Positions 8,879-18,467 of a stretch of DNA of 64,000 bases are shown one piece after another. The notes under the pieces are model-generated. The model was not told the DNA's origin. It saw only the letters and a list, made by a program, of their open reading frames with translations, and made no database searches. A program made the translations under genes and the position numbers. The DNA is taken from positions 24,873-88,872 of the forward strand of contig JASLWR010000004.1 of NCBI GenBank assembly GCA_030740765.1, in the 5' to 3' direction. The stretch is from Thermoplasmatota archaeon. Lineage in GTDB: Archaea > Thermoplasmatota > Penumbrarchaeia > JASLWR01. How positions within the stretch are numbered: position 1 is the stretch's first letter; every line of letters begins with the position of its first letter.

Positions 8879-11800
8879 CTAGAGAGATTCGATCATTCCC
8901 TGTGTCTGGCAGACCGGGCAGGCGACCAGAGCCGGTAATTCCACTATCTCCGCTGAATAATTATTGCCGCAGGAATGACATTGCATGGTTATTTCATTCG
9001 TCACTGGAGCCGGGGCCCCCTCCGGAACCGATGGTATCGCTGGTGGAATCGCAGGTGGTGCAGTAGGCGATGCAACAGGTGGCGCAGGCTCTGGCGGTTT
9101 TGTCATGTCCTCGAGATATGCGAGATATGAATCAAGTTCGGACAGATCACCGGAACCCTCGGGTGGTACGGCAGGCACTTCCGGGATCATAGACGGGGTC
9201 GGCAGCGGTAATGGAAATACTGCTTCCACACCTGTAGGCGGCATTAGCGGCGGAGATATTGAAGGTGGTGCCGCTTCCATTGCATTGGGTGGTATTGGCG
9301 GTGCCGGTGATGAAGGTAGTGTATTATCCACTGGGGAAATATTTGTAGTATCAGCAATAGGCATCGGGGACCCAATATCGGGACCAAGTGGTGCCACGGA
9401 TGCCTGTATTGGAAATTCAAGACCTGTGAAAACCACTGGAGCGGGCGAAGGCTCGGGAGCAGGCGGAAGGGCCAATCTACCCAGTTCCTGCATTCCCTGG
9501 TCTGTTGAGAAAGTGGGAAGGAGATAGCTGCTGCCTCCTGCATATCCCGTATTCAAAGCTGCTGCCCCTGTCAGTGCCTGCCCGGGGGCGGCAGCCTGGA
9601 ACTGGACCGGGTTCACAAAACCGGGACCGGGAGCCAGCATCAAAGGCGGGGCTGGGGAACCCGGCATGCCGGCCATCGGCGCCGGCATAACTCCACCATA
9701 CCCTTGCACCAGCGGAGCATACTGCGCAGAATGCGGCCCCTGCCCGTATGGGGGCTGCCGGGGGAATGACGGCACTGGCGCCGCTACCTTCTCCTCTTTG
9801 GATTTCCTTTTTTTCCTGACTATGAAAAAGATGATCAGGATCAGTAATATGAGAAGCAGGATGCAGCCGAGTATAATTAAAAGCAGCGAAGAACTTTCTC
9901 CCAGTATCCCCGCACTTTCGGCAGGTACGATATCCGGCTCGCCCTCAGGGATCACGGCGCCGTTGTACGGATCGGTCCCGGATTCCCTCTCGAAACCGTC
10001 CGAGAAACCATCCCCGTCACTGTCCGTCTCGTAATCGGTCTTACTGCCGACCTCTATCCTTACATCCGTACTCTCGTTATAGCCGTGCCCGTCAAAAACG
10101 AACAACGTGATGATGTGTTTTCCGGGAGTCAATCTGCTGCCAAATAGGGCAAGGTGACTCATGGACTTGTTCGCGCTGACGTTGCTGGACCAGTAATAGC
10201 TAAGATTGTCCCCGTCCTCGTCGTATGAATCCGTAGCATCGAAATATATTTCCCTGTCGAATCTGAAATAGGATGCTTGATCAGGAGACGAAATTACTGC
10301 TTCCGGCCTGGAATTCACCCAAACTCTGTATGGTTTCGATATATTGTGACCTGTACCCACCTTATCGTCTGCACGCCAGCGGATGAAATTGTCCGGTCCC
10401 CAGTCGAACTCCAATTCCAGAAGAACCTGGGTAGGATTCCCGATGACCACGTTTACTACCTTTTTCCATGGTCTAAAACTATCATTGTCGCCTCCCGCCC
10501 CACTCGCCATGGAATACTCCACCGTTCCCGGGTCCACGCCTGAACCGTCATCCAATATCTCAACGAAACATTCAACAGTCTGCTGGTTGGAATATTCGTT
10601 CTCCTCCGGTGTGAAGGTGCCGAAATATACCGGCGAAGTATCTATTTTCAGATTGAATTTATCGGAAAGTGTGAAGGGATTGCCCACTATGTCCGTTCCC
10701 CTGAACATGATGTAGTTTTCGGTCCCTTCAGCATATGTGAATGTGACGCTTATCTCAAAGCCGTCTTCACCGGATTTGATTATATTTTCCGGTTCAATAC
10801 TCATCCACGAACGAAAGTCGGTTGGGCCCGACGTTGATATCCTCATTTCAAGACTCTCAGGGTCCACTCCGCTTCCTGCGTCGTTAACGGTGATCTTCGT
10901 AGTTATCGTTTTTTGGAGGTACCATTCCTCTTGTGGCGATATCGTTTGAGCGAAATTGACCGGAGTGTTGTCAATTTTTATATTTACGGGGGAGGATTCC
11001 ACGAAACCGTTTCCCGAAATGTCCTTGGCACGCCATTTTAGGTAATTGTTCTCCCCTTCGAGAAATACATATTTGACAACAGGTGTCATTGGTTCGGTCT
11101 TTTCGGGCATCCAGACGGGTATCCAGAGATCGAAACCGTGCACTCCGTTTTTGGACACTGAATATTCGATGGTGGCGCCATCGACACCGCCTCCCTTCCC
11201 ATCGTGGATATCAACCGAGCAATCGACATCCGTATGATTGTGCCATGAACCGTCCAAGGGAGTATAATTCGAAAAATAGGGTAATGACAGGTCAACCAGT
11301 ATCTCCGAGGCTGCGGCCCCACCGACATTCCCAACATTATCCACGCACCACACATATACCGGTACGGGTCCCTCGGGTAGCTCATTTATCTCGACCTCGG
11401 TTTCATTGGTAAACGATCCGTTCTCAGTGGTGGAATTATCCATAAGGGAATAATAATATCCTCTGAGACCCGAGGCAGGGTCTTCAACCTCATCCCAGGT
11501 GACGAAGACCTCTTGCTTGTTGGTATGTTCGGCGGACTTGCCTTTGAAGCTGTCGGGACGGCATTGGAGGTTCACCGGCGAAAGTGGCGCAGCCGCATCT
11601 ATTTTGAGGGGGAAATATAGATTCTTTGCACATACTCCTTCTTCCGGTATGTTCACTATGCTTATTTGATATTCCTCTTCCGGATCGGTGGCATTTCCGG
11701 ATATTGCCTCAATGGAAACGCTCTTACCGCTGGATTCGTTGTCCCACCATTCATTAGCCATTCTGTCCCGTACCACCACATCGAAGAAATTATCGTCCGG

Positions 11801-13234
11801 ATGAACATTCCCGGAACCTTCGTAGACCACGGTCATGTTGCTAAAAATCAGTTTTTCCTTCCCCCTTATCCAGTTTCCCCTATCAACAATACCCTGATAT
11901 TCACCCTCCACCACGGTCTCTCCCACGAGCTCAAGGTCATTTTCTACACGGAATAGATAAGGGAATCGATCAAGGTTGAATCTCCCGGAGCTTCCGGTTG
12001 TATTTATAAAACAATCTATAAGCTCCTCGTGAGGGAATGTGAAGTCTAGCACGAAGGAAAAATTTATCCACCATTTCTCCACATTATTGTTGGAAAACGC
12101 CGAATCACCCAGCAGTTCCAGATGATTTCCGAGGTCATGAACCTTGTAAAAGTTCTTTTGTGTTCCATTGAATCCGAGGCTTATGTTGGTGTTGTTGTAA
12201 TCTATGTAGATTCGGAGGTCGGAAAGATCGTCAAGAGATTCGAAGGTGGTGACGTTGATACCCAGTTTATAGGAACGGTACCCGGCATAGCATACTGCGC
12301 TTTTATTATCCGAATCAATCAGGTTGACCGATTCGGGCTCGGGGGGACGGGCCGTGGGGAAATTATCCTTAATCATATCGATATATTTTACCATCTGCAG
12401 AAGTTCGTTGTTTCCGCGGTTGCCCCAGTCGAAGGTCATCATGTTCATCATGACATACCCTTCGTCCAGCACGTATTCTATGAAAGCCGGTTTATTGTTC
12501 GCGTTGGACCAGAGAATGTCATTCCACTTGTTGGTTTCGGGATTTGTTCCGAGGTTCGCTCCACCGGAGTCCGCAAGCATACCCGGCGCGGTAACATAAC
12601 CGTGGCAGGTGGTACCCCAGCCCTGAAAATTATTGGCATTAAGTCCATTTCCGCCGTAGCCCTGACCGGTAATCCATTCGTGATCGTTATCAGCCACCGT
12701 AGGGTTCTCGTCGGTGTTGCCGGATTGCTGGTAACTACCGAAGTTCGAACCACCCGGTCCGGTAACATCCTGTCCGGAATTATGCGCGGCATTTGCAACG
12801 AAGATACCACCTTTCTTCACATATTTCTCGATAATACCCCCGTTCATCATTGTCTTTAATGATCCGTCTGCAATATCACCCTGGCAGCCAGTATAAATAG
12901 CATAATAGCGGTCGAAGAGGTACTCTGAATTGTGCTGGGCCGTTACCCCGGGCTGCTCCACATCAAAAGGGATTCCTCTGTTTGTTAGATGATTTTGTAG
13001 AGTGTTGGTACGATCCCCGCCCGAAGAGCAGACCAGCACCTTGTTCGCGGCTCTACTGGACCACTGTTTTCCGCCAATTGTGCCTGCATTTCGAATTTTC
13101 TCATCAATTGATTCAACGGTACTTATGGAATGGTCGCTCCAATCCGTGAGTAATGGGACACTAATTGCAGGGATTATCAATAGTATACAAAGTAACAGGG
13201 GAAGACTGCGTAAGTGGGAAATCACGCTTTTCAT
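8879..13234 (-). CDS. Giant single-pass surface protein, paralog C (1451 aa); same architecture, ThuA/GATase1-like head, C-terminal Zn ribbon MQCHSCGNNYSAEIVELPALVACPVCQTQG.
   Basis: Long ORF in the track. Signal peptide MKSVISHLRSLPLLLCILLIIPAISVP. Motifs FDATDSYDEDGDNLSYYW (PKD) and DSDGDGFSDGFERE. TM helix, then a P-rich tail. Confidence 0.85.
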   Translation of the reverse strand: MKSVISHLRSLPLLLCILLIIPAISVPLLTDWSDHSISTVESIDEKIRNAGTIGGKQWSSRAANKVLVCSSGGDRTNTLQNHLTNRGIPFDVEQPGVTAQHNSEYLFDRYYAIYTGCQGDIADGSLKTMMNGGIIEKYVKKGGIFVANAAHNSGQDVTGPGGSNFGSYQQSGNTDENPTVADNDHEWITGQGYGGNGLNANNFQGWGTTCHGYVTAPGMLADSGGANLGTNPETNKWNDILWSNANNKPAFIEYVLDEGYVMMNMMTFDWGNRGNNELLQMVKYIDMIKDNFPTARPPEPESVNLIDSDNKSAVCYAGYRSYKLGINVTTFESLDDLSDLRIYIDYNNTNISLGFNGTQKNFYKVHDLGNHLELLGDSAFSNNNVEKWWINFSFVLDFTFPHEELIDCFINTTGSSGRFNLDRFPYLFRVENDLELVGETVVEGEYQGIVDRGNWIRGKEKLIFSNMTVVYEGSGNVHPDDNFFDVVVRDRMANEWWDNESSGKSVSIEAISGNATDPEEEYQISIVNIPEEGVCAKNLYFPLKIDAAAPLSPVNLQCRPDSFKGKSAEHTNKQEVFVTWDEVEDPASGLRGYYYSLMDNSTTENGSFTNETEVEINELPEGPVPVYVWCVDNVGNVGGAAASEILVDLSLPYFSNYTPLDGSWHNHTDVDCSVDIHDGKGGGVDGATIEYSVSKNGVHGFDLWIPVWMPEKTEPMTPVVKYVFLEGENNYLKWRAKDISGNGFVESSPVNIKIDNTPVNFAQTISPQEEWYLQKTITTKITVNDAGSGVDPESLEMRISTSGPTDFRSWMSIEPENIIKSGEDGFEISVTFTYAEGTENYIMFRGTDIVGNPFTLSDKFNLKIDTSPVYFGTFTPEENEYSNQQTVECFVEILDDGSGVDPGTVEYSMASGAGGDNDSFRPWKKVVNVVIGNPTQVLLELEFDWGPDNFIRWRADDKVGTGHNISKPYRVWVNSRPEAVISSPDQASYFRFDREIYFDATDSYDEDGDNLSYYWSSNVSANKSMSHLALFGSRLTPGKHIITLFVFDGHGYNESTDVRIEVGSKTDYETDSDGDGFSDGFERESGTDPYNGAVIPEGEPDIVPAESAGILGESSSLLLIILGCILLLILLILIIFFIVRKKRKSKEEKVAAPVPSFPRQPPYGQGPHSAQYAPLVQGYGGVMPAPMAGMPGSPAPPLMLAPGPGFVNPVQFQAAAPGQALTGAAALNTGYAGGSSYLLPTFSTDQGMQELGRLALPPAPEPSPAPVVFTGLEFPIQASVAPLGPDIGSPMPIADTTNISPVDNTLPSSPAPPIPPNAMEAAPPSISPPLMPPTGVEAVFPLPLPTPSMIPEVPAVPPEGSGDLSELDSYLAYLEDMTKPPEPAPPVASPTAPPAIPPAIPSVPEGAPAPVTNEITMQCHSCGNNYSAEIVELPALVACPVCQTQGMIESL

Positions 13235-13390
13235 TCAATTCAACCTCTTTCCATACTGACCGACAGCCCTTACCGCCCGGCGTTGGTCTGCCTTTGGAGT
13301 CATATGATAACAAATCCATAGTCTTATGAATAAATAATGCTTTCGTTTGAAAAGGATAAAACCAGCACGAATATTCTCATCGATGCCGGA

Positions 13391-16300
13391 TCATATTGAT
13401 TCTATAACTCCTTGCGTCTGGCAAACCGTGCAGGTGACCAGTGCAGGGAACTTAGCAATCTCCGCTATATAGTTATTGCCGCAGGAATGGCACTGCATAG
13501 TAATTTTATTAGTCGGGGGAACCGGACTTTCTTCCGGAACCGGGGGTACGTCGGAAGGTGTTGGCTCCGGTGGCGGGGACAATCCACCCAGGGTAGTTAG
13601 ATATGTGTCGAGTTGGGATAAATCACTATCCGCTGAAGTGTCTATTGGAGGTACGCCAAGCACTAAAGATGAAGTGCTGCTAGGGGAAATAGTGGTGGGT
13701 TCCGGTGGAGCCGGGGGTGCTTCACCACTTAGCGGAATGGGTGCTGGAGGCGATTGGAAAGGGTTTTCCATTGCACTTACCCCAGGTAATAATGCAGGTT
13801 GGGCTGAAAGATCCGGAGCGGTCATCTGGGTTGGAGTGAACGCTCCAATCATTCCTTGATCTTCCGAAGGAGGTGGTCCCGGCGGTAAGGCCATTCTGTC
13901 GAGGTTCTGCGGCCCCTGATCGGTACTGAATAATGGTAATGAATATGCGGTACTGCCTGTCATCCCTGTCCCAGACTGACCGTAAAGAGCCAGCTGCTGT
14001 GGCTGAGTTTGCTGGACTTGATTCGGGCCGGAATATTGAGTGTTTGATATATCAGGTACTATCGACTGTATTAGAGGAGGATTTTGAGCTCCCCGCATCC
14101 CCATAACGGCTGCCTGATATTGCGCCATTTCCCCGTACCCTTTCTGCTCAACAGGAATAAATTGACCCTGGGGATAAGGATGCTGGGCCGGTCCGTACAT
14201 TGATTGCGGCATAGGTGACCGGATCGGAACCGAAACATCTCTCACTTCGTCCTTTTTTCTTCTCCTCACAATAAATATGATGACCAAAACCAGTATGGTC
14301 AAAAATAACACAATACCAAGAATGACGAAGAATAGCGAAGAGCCTCCTCCGAGTATGCCACCGCTTTCGGAGATGACGATATCAGGCTCGCCATCCGGGC
14401 TAATGGCACCGTTGTATGGGTCGGATCCTGATTCCCGTTCCAGTCCGTCTGAGAATCCGTCCCCGTCGCTGTCCCGCTGAAAATCGACCTGGCTGATCAC
14501 CTCTAGCTTAACTTTCGTACTCTCGTTGTAACCGTGTCTGTCCGAAACGAATAATGTGATCGTATGTTTTCCAGGGGCTAATCCGGCGCTGAAATAGGCG
14601 TCGAATCCGATTGAACGATTCACACTGACATTTGAGGACCAGTAATAGCTAAGATTGTCCCCATCCTCGTCACTTGAACCGGAAGCATCAAAAGTAATTT
14701 CGCTATCGAACCTGAAATACGACCCTGGATCGGGTGAGGCGATTGCCGCCTCCGGCCTGGAATTCACCCATACCCGGTATGGCAGCGATATGTTGAGCCC
14801 GGTACCCATCATGTCGTCGGCACGCCACCGGATAAAATTGTCATATCCCCAATCGAATTCCAGCTCTATCAGAACCTGCGTGGGATTTCCCGCAACAACA
14901 TTTACCACCTTTTTCCATGGCCCGAATATCTTTTCGTCGCCCCCCATCCCGGTGCCCCCTGCTCCATTTGCCACGGAATACTCAACCGTCGCTGGATCCA
15001 CCCCCGAACTGGCATCGAGTATCTGGATGAAACATTCCACCTTCTCGTTGTCTGCATATTCGTTCTCATCCGGTGTGAATAAACCAAAATAAATGGGAGA
15101 TGTATCGATTTTCAGATTGAATTTATCGGAGAGAGTGAAGAGATTGCCTACCATATCGGTTCCTCTGAACATAATGTAGTTATCCTTTCCCTCCGCGTAT
15201 TTGAAAGTCACTGTTATCTCAAAGCCGTCTTCACCGGATTCGCTGATGTTTTCGACATCTACGGACTCCCACCGGCCGAAATCGTTGGGGCTAGACGTGG
15301 ATATCCTTGCTCCAAGACTGTCCGGGTTCACACCGCTTCCAATGTCGTTAACCAATATCTTTGTGGTTATTTCTTCATGATCATACCATTCCACCTGAGG
15401 TGATATCAGCTTTGCAAAATTGATAGGAGTGGTGTCCACTTTTATATTGTACGAGGGTGATTCGACAAACCCATTTCCAGTGATGTCCTTTGTGCGCCAT
15501 TTAATATAATTTTCCTCGCCCTCCTGAAATACGTATTTGATATTTGGCACCATGGGTTCATTCAACTCGGGTATCCACGCGGGAATCCAGAAATCGAAAC
15601 CGTGCATCCCATCATTGGACACGGAGTACTCGATAGTGCTGCCGTCCACACCGGATCCAGTGCCATCATAAATCTCAATCGAGCAGTCGATATCAGTATG
15701 ATTGTGCCATGAACCATCCTCCGGGGTGTGATTCGAAAATACTGGCGGTGTCAGGTCCACAAGTATACCGGATGAGGCGGCCGTGCCGATATTTCCGACC
15801 TTGTCCACACACCAAACGTAAATTTCCGCGAATTCCTCGTTCAGTTTCTCGATCTTGACCTCTGTGACATTGGTGAATGTCCCGTTACCAGTTCCCGACT
15901 TATCCACCGGGGAATAATAATAGCCCATCAGACCCGATGAGTGGTCCTCAACCGGATCCCATGTGACGAACATCTCGGCGCGATTGGTATGCTCGGTCTC
16001 CTTGTCCTTGAAATCATTGGCATGGCACTTTAAGTTGACGGGGAAGAGAGGCGGGTCCGCATCTATTCTTAGTGGAAAGGTCAGATTTGTCATGCAAATG
16101 CCTGTTCCGGGTATGTTCTCGATGGTGATGAGATATTCTTCTTCCGGGTCCGTATCGTTTCCGGAAGTGATGTTTATCTCGATATTTTCTCCCATGCTCT
16201 CGTTATCCCACCAGGCGCTCCCGTTATTATCGGCAACCCTGACATCGAAATAGTCATCATCGGGGTAGATGTCCGGAGCACCTGCATATCGTACCTTGAG

Positions 16301-17620
16301 ATTGCTGACCTTAATCCTTTCCCTGCCCCGTATCCAATCGTTCTTTTTCAACTCACCCTGATATTCACCTGTAAGATCGGGAATACCAACCAGCTCCAGG
16401 TCATTCTCGACCTTGAAAAGGTGCGGAAAGCGGTCCGTTCTTACAATTCCCGTGATGGCAGCAGTACTGATATAGCAGTCCACCAGTTCTTCATGTGGGA
16501 ATGTGAAATTGAAAATTACTGAAAAATTCAACCACCACCGCTCGACCCCGTCCGTGGAAACCTTGGAATCGTCAACATTCAATTGAACGTGCCCGTCCAA
16601 GTCCTGATATTTGTAGAAGCGAGATTGTGTCCAGTTGTAGCATAGTGTAGCATTGGTAGTATTATAATCAAGGAAAACCTTGACCTCGGAAACCTCGGTA
16701 AGGTCCCTTGCGGAGGTGACATTCACGCTGAGGGTGTAGTTTCTATGACGGGCATAGCATATATTATTCCCGTCACCCTGTCCCAAAATGGCTGCGTTAT
16801 CGGTATAGGCCGTGAGGTCCACTTCCAGCCAACATGCTACTGGCGTCCCACCCTGGTTCTGACCAACCGTGAGAAGAACTTCGGAGCCGAGCGGAATGGT
16901 GGTTATCTCACCATGGGACGCGGAACTACCGGAGAACGATGGCCGGTTCATGTTTCTAACCATGGGATGATTCACGGATGCCACGAAATTATGGCTATTA
17001 CCATTTCCATTTGTCCTTACACCGAAAGGACCGGGGACACCCCTGGACCACCGGCGTTGGTAATTCGTACCGAACATGTCTATCAATATTCCACCGTCGT
17101 TCACGTATTTCTCCATTGAAGGGACCAGTGACTCCATCTGGTTCAGATGCTGGTTCGGCTGGTACTCGGAAATAATGATCATCCGGTAAATGTTCGGATC
17201 GAAATCGTTTGCATTGATCCCGCCAGCGCTTTTCTGGGTGAATTGTATTCCTCTGTTGTTCATCTCCCGGCGCCAGCCGTCAGACCATCCCTGGTGATCC
17301 CATATGATAAGTATGGCTCCCGAATCCGCATGGGTGGGCCATAACCAATCGAAAGTATTGATGATAAAATAACGGGAATGTTGGCCGTTGCCGTAGCCGT
17401 AACTTGCTATGGTCCCCGTGACAAAATAAATGCCTTTGTCACCAGCGGTACGTTTGTTGGACGAGATGGGCGGAGGCTTTGAGGGGCTCTTTACGTTCAA
17501 CCCCACATCGTGGTTTTCGCTGAGAAGTATTTCAGAGCAAATAGTAAGATATCCCGTTCCTATGAAACACAAAACAACAGCTATCGACACCACCACGGGC
17601 CATGGATTCGTTCTACTCAT
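13391..17620 (-). CDS. Giant single-pass surface protein, paralog D (1409 aa); same architecture, C-terminal Zn ribbon MQCHSCGNNYIAEIAKFPALVTCTVCQTQG.
   Basis: Long ORF in the track. Signal peptide MSRTNPWPVVVSIAVVLCFIGTG. Motifs FDASGSSDEDGDNLSYYW (PKD) and DSDGDGFSDGLERE. TM segment, then a P/Q-rich tail. Confidence 0.85.
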   Translation of the reverse strand: MSRTNPWPVVVSIAVVLCFIGTGYLTICSEILLSENHDVGLNVKSPSKPPPISSNKRTAGDKGIYFVTGTIASYGYGNGQHSRYFIINTFDWLWPTHADSGAILIIWDHQGWSDGWRREMNNRGIQFTQKSAGGINANDFDPNIYRMIIISEYQPNQHLNQMESLVPSMEKYVNDGGILIDMFGTNYQRRWSRGVPGPFGVRTNGNGNSHNFVASVNHPMVRNMNRPSFSGSSASHGEITTIPLGSEVLLTVGQNQGGTPVACWLEVDLTAYTDNAAILGQGDGNNICYARHRNYTLSVNVTSARDLTEVSEVKVFLDYNTTNATLCYNWTQSRFYKYQDLDGHVQLNVDDSKVSTDGVERWWLNFSVIFNFTFPHEELVDCYISTAAITGIVRTDRFPHLFKVENDLELVGIPDLTGEYQGELKKNDWIRGRERIKVSNLKVRYAGAPDIYPDDDYFDVRVADNNGSAWWDNESMGENIEINITSGNDTDPEEEYLITIENIPGTGICMTNLTFPLRIDADPPLFPVNLKCHANDFKDKETEHTNRAEMFVTWDPVEDHSSGLMGYYYSPVDKSGTGNGTFTNVTEVKIEKLNEEFAEIYVWCVDKVGNIGTAASSGILVDLTPPVFSNHTPEDGSWHNHTDIDCSIEIYDGTGSGVDGSTIEYSVSNDGMHGFDFWIPAWIPELNEPMVPNIKYVFQEGEENYIKWRTKDITGNGFVESPSYNIKVDTTPINFAKLISPQVEWYDHEEITTKILVNDIGSGVNPDSLGARISTSSPNDFGRWESVDVENISESGEDGFEITVTFKYAEGKDNYIMFRGTDMVGNLFTLSDKFNLKIDTSPIYFGLFTPDENEYADNEKVECFIQILDASSGVDPATVEYSVANGAGGTGMGGDEKIFGPWKKVVNVVAGNPTQVLIELEFDWGYDNFIRWRADDMMGTGLNISLPYRVWVNSRPEAAIASPDPGSYFRFDSEITFDASGSSDEDGDNLSYYWSSNVSVNRSIGFDAYFSAGLAPGKHTITLFVSDRHGYNESTKVKLEVISQVDFQRDSDGDGFSDGLERESGSDPYNGAISPDGEPDIVISESGGILGGGSSLFFVILGIVLFLTILVLVIIFIVRRRKKDEVRDVSVPIRSPMPQSMYGPAQHPYPQGQFIPVEQKGYGEMAQYQAAVMGMRGAQNPPLIQSIVPDISNTQYSGPNQVQQTQPQQLALYGQSGTGMTGSTAYSLPLFSTDQGPQNLDRMALPPGPPPSEDQGMIGAFTPTQMTAPDLSAQPALLPGVSAMENPFQSPPAPIPLSGEAPPAPPEPTTISPSSTSSLVLGVPPIDTSADSDLSQLDTYLTTLGGLSPPPEPTPSDVPPVPEESPVPPTNKITMQCHSCGNNYIAEIAKFPALVTCTVCQTQGVIESI

Positions 17621-17815
17621 ACATGCATCTCCTTAAATGTATAGCCCGTTCTTTGGGTGAAAAATTCGGAAAATCATTGATTTGGAACTATTTATATCTT
17701 GTCCAAATTTATCATGAAATATTATTGAATGATACTGGTTTGGTTCATTCCATCTTAGAAAAAAATTAACAGAATCTCCGAAACTGTAATATTCCAATTC
17801 AAAGATGTCACGGTC

Positions 17816-18271
17816 ATGTCAGCAGCACCATATGATGTATCCCCCCTCACCATGATACACGAGGTATTCCCCGGTGACACAAACGATTACGGCACCATGT
17901 TCGGCGGCAACGTCATAGCATTGATGGACAAGGCGGCAGGTATCTGTGCTTCCAAGTTCGCCCATGAAAATTTCGTCACCGCAAGTGTCGACAGGTTGAA
18001 ATTTCTTGCTCCCATAAAACAGGGCTATGTGGTTGAAGCAACCGCAAGAGTCGTTTATACCTCGAAACATACTGCCGGTCTGGAGGTCATTGTCACCTCA
18101 AAGGACCGCAAGACATGGGTGGCACAACACTGCTCCAGGGCCTTTTTTTTTATGGTGGCGGTAGGAGAGAACGGCAAGATAAAGGAAATTCCCCAATTGG
18201 TACCCATCACCGGAGAAGAGAGGGAAAAGTTTGAAGAAGTTAGAGCCATCCACAGACGCATTAGGAAATAA
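17816..18271 (+). CDS. Acyl-CoA thioesterase, hotdog fold (YciA/BFIT-like)
   Basis: Motifs PGDTNDYGTMFGGNVIALMDKAAGICA and VTASVDRLKFLAPIKQGYVVEATARVV are typical of hotdog acyl-CoA thioester hydrolases. Divergently transcribed from paralog D. Confidence 0.65.
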   Translation: MSAAPYDVSPLTMIHEVFPGDTNDYGTMFGGNVIALMDKAAGICASKFAHENFVTASVDRLKFLAPIKQGYVVEATARVVYTSKHTAGLEVIVTSKDRKTWVAQHCSRAFFFMVAVGENGKIKEIPQLVPITGEEREKFEEVRAIHRRIRK

Positions 18272-18467
18272 TCGCTCTAATTTTCGTCAAAATGAATTAT
18301 TATTGTTCACACAATTATCATTGTTTGAAAATGTCCCAATATAATAATATCCACCTTAAATTTATTAAATATAATGTCTATATATCACAGAAGGACGGAT
18401 ATAATGACCAAACCCCAGATATAATCCTCCCATAAAATAATATAATAATTGCAGGTGGTAAATTCTC

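Noticed and set aside
4652-17344. Numerous plus-strand ORFs inside the giant minus-strand genes (for example 4652-5074, 7591-8109, 8985-9527, 12122-12859, 13476-13859, 16745-17119).
   Set aside because: They are fully embedded antisense to long conserved coding frames, with biased Gly/Ser/Pro composition typical of antisense frames. No start or RBS context.
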